Made by a program: the position numbers and the translations under genes. DNA of 8,257 nucleotides from the UHGV virus genome UHGV-0211679. The stretch is one strand, 5' to 3'. Under the pieces are notes generated by a model. That model did no database searches. It was not told the origin of the DNA and saw only the letters and a program-made list of their open reading frames with translations. Below are positions 5,886-8,257 of this stretch, piece by piece; within the stretch, counting starts at the first letter, position 1; every line of letters begins with the position of its first letter. The DNA comes from a virus.

Positions 5886-6203
5886 ATGTCTAATTATGGT
5901 CTTTTCGTTAAGGGTAAAATGTTGGGAGCCCGCCAACGTAATAAAGTTAATGGTCAGGGCTATTATAATGAAATTGGTATTGGCCTTGAAATACCTGATG
6001 GTTTTGGTGGTACAAAGCAGGATCAAATTATTATTCGAGTTTCTCAGACTCTCGTTAACGCAGGTCTAATGAACCAGGCGAATGCTTTCATTGGGAAATT
6101 AGTTCAAATTCCTGTCTATGTCCGTGCGTGGTCAATGGAGGGTAGGGAAGGTGTAACTTATAATGTTTCTTCCGATGGTGGCATCGCAGAGATCAAAGGT
6201 TAA
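5886..6203 (+). CDS. Gene-V-position protein, 105 aa (putative ssDNA-binding protein by synteny; not recognisably Ff gVp-like)
   Basis: ATG 5886 preceded by AAGGAAAG; stop TAA 6201-6203. Sits between gene II/X and gene VII, where Ff phages encode gVp. The sequence (MSNYGLFVKGKMLGARQRN...) does not resemble M13 or IKe gVp as I recall them. Confidence 0.55.
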   Translation: MSNYGLFVKGKMLGARQRNKVNGQGYYNEIGIGLEIPDGFGGTKQDQIIIRVSQTLVNAGLMNQANAFIGKLVQIPVYVRAWSMEGREGVTYNVSSDGGIAEIKG

Positions 6204-6205
6204 AT

Positions 6206-6292
6206 ATGGACGATGTTATTCAAATTTTGATAGCGTCTGGCATCGTTATTTCTTTTGGCCTCGGCGCGATTACTGCGGGGGTCTTTCGTTAA
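6206..6292 (+). CDS. VII: Minor coat protein pVII (gene VII), 28 aa
   Basis: ATG 6206 three nt after the gene V stop; product MDDVIQILIASGIVISFGLGAITAGVFR is hydrophobic, similar in size and character to M13 pVII. Stop TAA 6290-6292 overlaps the gene IX ATG (TAATG). Confidence 0.6.
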   Translation: MDDVIQILIASGIVISFGLGAITAGVFR

Positions 6293-6387
6293 TGTATATC
6301 GTTTATTTCTTCGGGGCTTATACCTTTGGTTTTGCCCTTTTCTATGCGGTCGGTTCATTTAAATCATTTTCTGACCGATTAATGTAA
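6292..6387 (+). CDS. IX: Minor coat protein pIX (gene IX), 31 aa
   Basis: ATG 6292 in the TAATG overlap; product MYIVYFFGAYTFGFALFYAVGSFKSFSDRLM is a hydrophobic peptide resembling M13 pIX (MSVLVYSFASFVLGW...). Stop TAA 6385-6387. The longer track ORF from 6163 is an N-terminal over-extension. Confidence 0.65.
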   Translation: MYIVYFFGAYTFGFALFYAVGSFKSFSDRLM

Positions 6388-6406
6388 CCTTAATGGAGTT
6401 ATTCCT

Positions 6407-6649
6407 ATGAAAATTCTGTCTACTGTTAAATATAAAGTTGCTCTGGCTTCAACTGCGCTTTTTGTTTCTGCAAGTTCTTTTGCGGCTGAAGGCGCTACAG
6501 GTGGTACTGATTATGCAGGTCAGGCAATGGATGCTTTGTTGACTCAGGCAAATGATCTCATTGGTAAAGTATGGCCTGTTGTTGTGGCTGTGGTTGGCGC
6601 TGGGCTTGCCATTCGTATTTTCAAAAAATTCTCTTCAAAAGCGGTTTGA
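6407..6649 (+). CDS. VIII: Major coat protein pVIII precursor (gene VIII)
   Basis: ATG 6407 with GGAG 8 nt upstream; 80 aa. Signal peptide ending SSFA, then mature AEGATGG...[25 protein letters not shown]. The C-terminal [11 protein letters not shown] and WPVV match my recollection of IKe pVIII more closely than M13 (FKKFTSKAS). Stop TGA 6647-6649. Confidence 0.93.
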   Translation: MKILSTVKYKVALASTALFVSASSFAAEGATGGTDYAGQAMDALLTQANDLIGKVWPVVVAVVGAGLAIRIFKKFSSKAV

Positions 6650-6658
6650 ATTTCACTC

Positions 6659-6683
6659 AGGGGCACTCGTTGCCCCTTTATTA
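6659..6683 (+). terminator. Rho-independent terminator after gene VIII
   Basis: AGGGGCA (6659-6665), loop CTCGT, TGCCCCT (6671-6677), then TTTATT. Position matches the strong central terminator downstream of gene VIII in Ff phages. Confidence 0.75.
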
Positions 6684-6695
6684 AAGCGGGTTACT

Positions 6696-7916
6696 ATGAA
6701 AAGGAAAATATTAATTCTTTCCGCTGTCCTCATTTCTCCTTTTTCACATGCTGAGTCATGGGAAAGCATTACTAAATCCACTTATCAAAGCTCTGCCTAC
6801 GCTGAAAGTAAGCAAATAACCAATCAGGATGGCTCTAAGTCAACGGTTTACTATATTGATGCTGCTATGCAGGCCTCCGCTTGTCAGGGTGCTAAATCCA
6901 GTGCTCAGAGTGTATTTACTCAGGTTAAACCAACTTATGAGGGTATCTGGCCTGATTCTGAATTCCGTCTTGTTTTTACTGGTGATTGTACTTACAGCGA
7001 TTCACCAGGGCAGAAGGATAAATATTGGTCTTTAACGGCTTATATTGTTGGTGATATTCAGCGTTCTGTTCCTGATGAAAAACCTACTGACCCGACACCA
7101 GAAGAAATTTGTGAAGCGAAGCCGCCAGAAGAAGGTGTATTTAATAATGTTGATTCATATGATGGTGGTCGTTATATCTACTATAACGGCTGTGAATATG
7201 AGGCTACTGGTGTCATTGTTTGTCAGGGTGATGGTACTGTTTGCGCTGCAACATGGAAGCCTACAGGTACTGTAGCTGACCCCTCTGATAAACCCTCAAC
7301 CCCCCAAAATGGTGGTGGTGAGTCTGGCGGTGGTGAGTCTGGCGGTGGTGAGTCCGGTGGCGGTAGTTCTGGCGGTGGCTTTAGTGGTTCCAGTCTTTCT
7401 AAAGGTGATATTCAGTCTGCTATCGAAGGTGCTTCACCCAAAATAGCCAGCGATATTCATGATAAATTAACGGAGAAAGACACTTCATCAGATGATAAAA
7501 AAAATGCCGATGAACAAACTAGGAATAATATAAATCGTCTTGACGATTCCATTAACAATCTTACGCGGGGGGCTGGCCGTTTTGCTGACCCTTCAGGTGG
7601 TGATTCTCGTTATGGAAAGGGCGACTCTGAATTAGATGGCGCTTCTACTTTGGCTGATTCTGAATTGGGAATTGAAAAGGATTCTCACGGTGCTTTATGG
7701 GAAGCATTTTTAAATAAAGGTGCTATGCTGCCTAATTTACCCAATGGTAACGGCTGCTCTGATTTTATTATTTTTCCCGGAGAGGTTTATCAGATTGATA
7801 TTGGTTGCGATAAATTACTGACTATTAAAGATGTTCTTTCATGGGTTTTTTATTGCCTTACGTTCTGGTATGTCTTTACTTCTTTAACTTCATTGCTTCG
7901 CAAAGGGGGTGAGTGA
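6696..7916 (+). CDS. III: Adsorption protein pIII (gene III) with Gly-rich linker
   Basis: ATG 6696 gives signal peptide [19 protein letters not shown]. Gly/Ser-rich linker [23 protein letters not shown] and a hydrophobic C-terminal anchor ([14 protein letters not shown]) are typical of pIII. Stop TGA 7914-7916 overlaps the gene VI ATG (TGATG). The track start at 6552 overlaps gene VIII and is rejected. Confidence 0.9.
   Translation: MKRKILILSAVLISPFSHAESWESITKSTYQSSAYAESKQITNQDGSKSTVYYIDAAMQASACQGAKSSAQSVFTQVKPTYEGIWPDSEFRLVFTGDCTYSDSPGQKDKYWSLTAYIVGDIQRSVPDEKPTDPTPEEICEAKPPEEGVFNNVDSYDGGRYIYYNGCEYEATGVIVCQGDGTVCAATWKPTGTVADPSDKPSTPQNGGGESGGGESGGGESGGGSSGGGFSGSSLSKGDIQSAIEGASPKIASDIHDKLTEKDTSSDDKKNADEQTRNNINRLDDSINNLTRGAGRFADPSGGDSRYGKGDSELDGASTLADSELGIEKDSHGALWEAFLNKGAMLPNLPNGNGCSDFIIFPGEVYQIDIGCDKLLTIKDVLSWVFYCLTFWYVFTSLTSLLRKGGE
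7311..7379 (+). repeat. Tandem 15-bp repeats encoding the pIII (GGGES)n linker
   Basis: GGTGGTGAGTCTGGC at 7314-7328 and 7329-7343, with diverged copies at 7344-7358 and 7359-7373. Confidence 0.85.
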
Positions 7917-8257
7917 TGCCTTTATTATTAGGTATTCCTGCATTGTTGCGTTTTCTTATTGGTCTTGTTCCTTTGTTTATTGGCTATGTGGCGAGTTTTT
8001 TAGCTCGACTTGCTACCAGAACAGGATTAATCGCCTTTGCATTGGTCGCATTAATTACAACAACTGTTACGCTTTTAATGCAGTACCTTGCTGAGGTCAT
8101 GTATAACGGTTTACCTGCTGATTTCTCCCATTTAATGGCGTCTGTATTGCCTGACCATTTTCAGGCGTGTGTTAACGTTATTATGGTTACTCGTATCAGT
8201 GTTTTTGTTTTCGATTTAAAACAAAAATTTCTTGATTATGCAAACAGGGTGATTTAA
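7916..8257 (+). CDS. VI: Minor coat protein pVI (gene VI)
   Basis: ATG 7916 (a GTG at 7913 is also in frame); product [17 protein letters not shown]... matches recalled M13 pVI (MPVLLGIPLLLRF...), including a C-terminal FDLKQK versus FDVKQK. Stop TAA 8255-8257 is the last codon of the window and abuts the gene I ATG at position 1 if the sequence is circular. Confidence 0.88.
   Translation: MPLLLGIPALLRFLIGLVPLFIGYVASFLARLATRTGLIAFALVALITTTVTLLMQYLAEVMYNGLPADFSHLMASVLPDHFQACVNVIMVTRISVFVFDLKQKFLDYANRVI

Noticed and set aside
6163-6291. N-terminal part of the 74-aa track ORF 6163-6387
   Set aside because: It overlaps the end of the gene V-position ORF and all of gene VII. Only the segment from the ATG at 6292 (gene IX) is credible.
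6552-6695. Upstream extension of the gene III ORF (track start 6552)
   Set aside because: It overlaps gene VIII and its terminator. The signal peptide starts at the ATG at 6696.
6829-8094. Alternative-frame ORFs 6829-7035, 7045-7275 and 7909-8094
   Set aside because: Embedded in genes III and VI in other frames; no support.
1-8257. CRISPR arrays, tRNA or rRNA genes, integrase or transposase genes
   Set aside because: No spacer-repeat architecture, no tRNA-like cloverleaf candidates and no recombinase-like ORF seen. Integration, if any, would rely on host XerCD.

Overview
The window reads as one complete, circularly permuted genome unit of an Ff/IKe-like filamentous phage (Inoviridae). It starts exactly at the gene I ATG and ends exactly at the gene VI TAA. 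Order on the + strand: gene I (with internal XI), IV, an unusually long ~2.45 kb intergenic/accessory region, II (with internal X), a gene-V-position ORF, VII, IX, VIII, III, VI. The accessory region (2369-4821) holds two long DNA hairpins, two small + strand ORFs (one a CxxC...CxxC zinc-ribbon-like protein), a dif-like XerC/XerD-type site, a hairpin terminator between convergent genes, and a four-gene minus-strand operon. That operon encodes a ribbon-helix-helix-like regulator, two small proteins with a paralogous 26-aa C-terminal tail, and a 234-aa protein with a Cys-rich N-domain and C-terminal transmembrane helices. It sits divergently against gene II across a region with four TGAACT(C/A) repeats. 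My working model is a temperate, Xer-integrating filamentous phage carrying a repressor-controlled cargo module of unknown function (candidate superinfection exclusion, abortive infection or lysogenic conversion). Phage core calls rest on recalled similarity to M13/IKe proteins; all cargo functions are inference, and no database search or computation was run.
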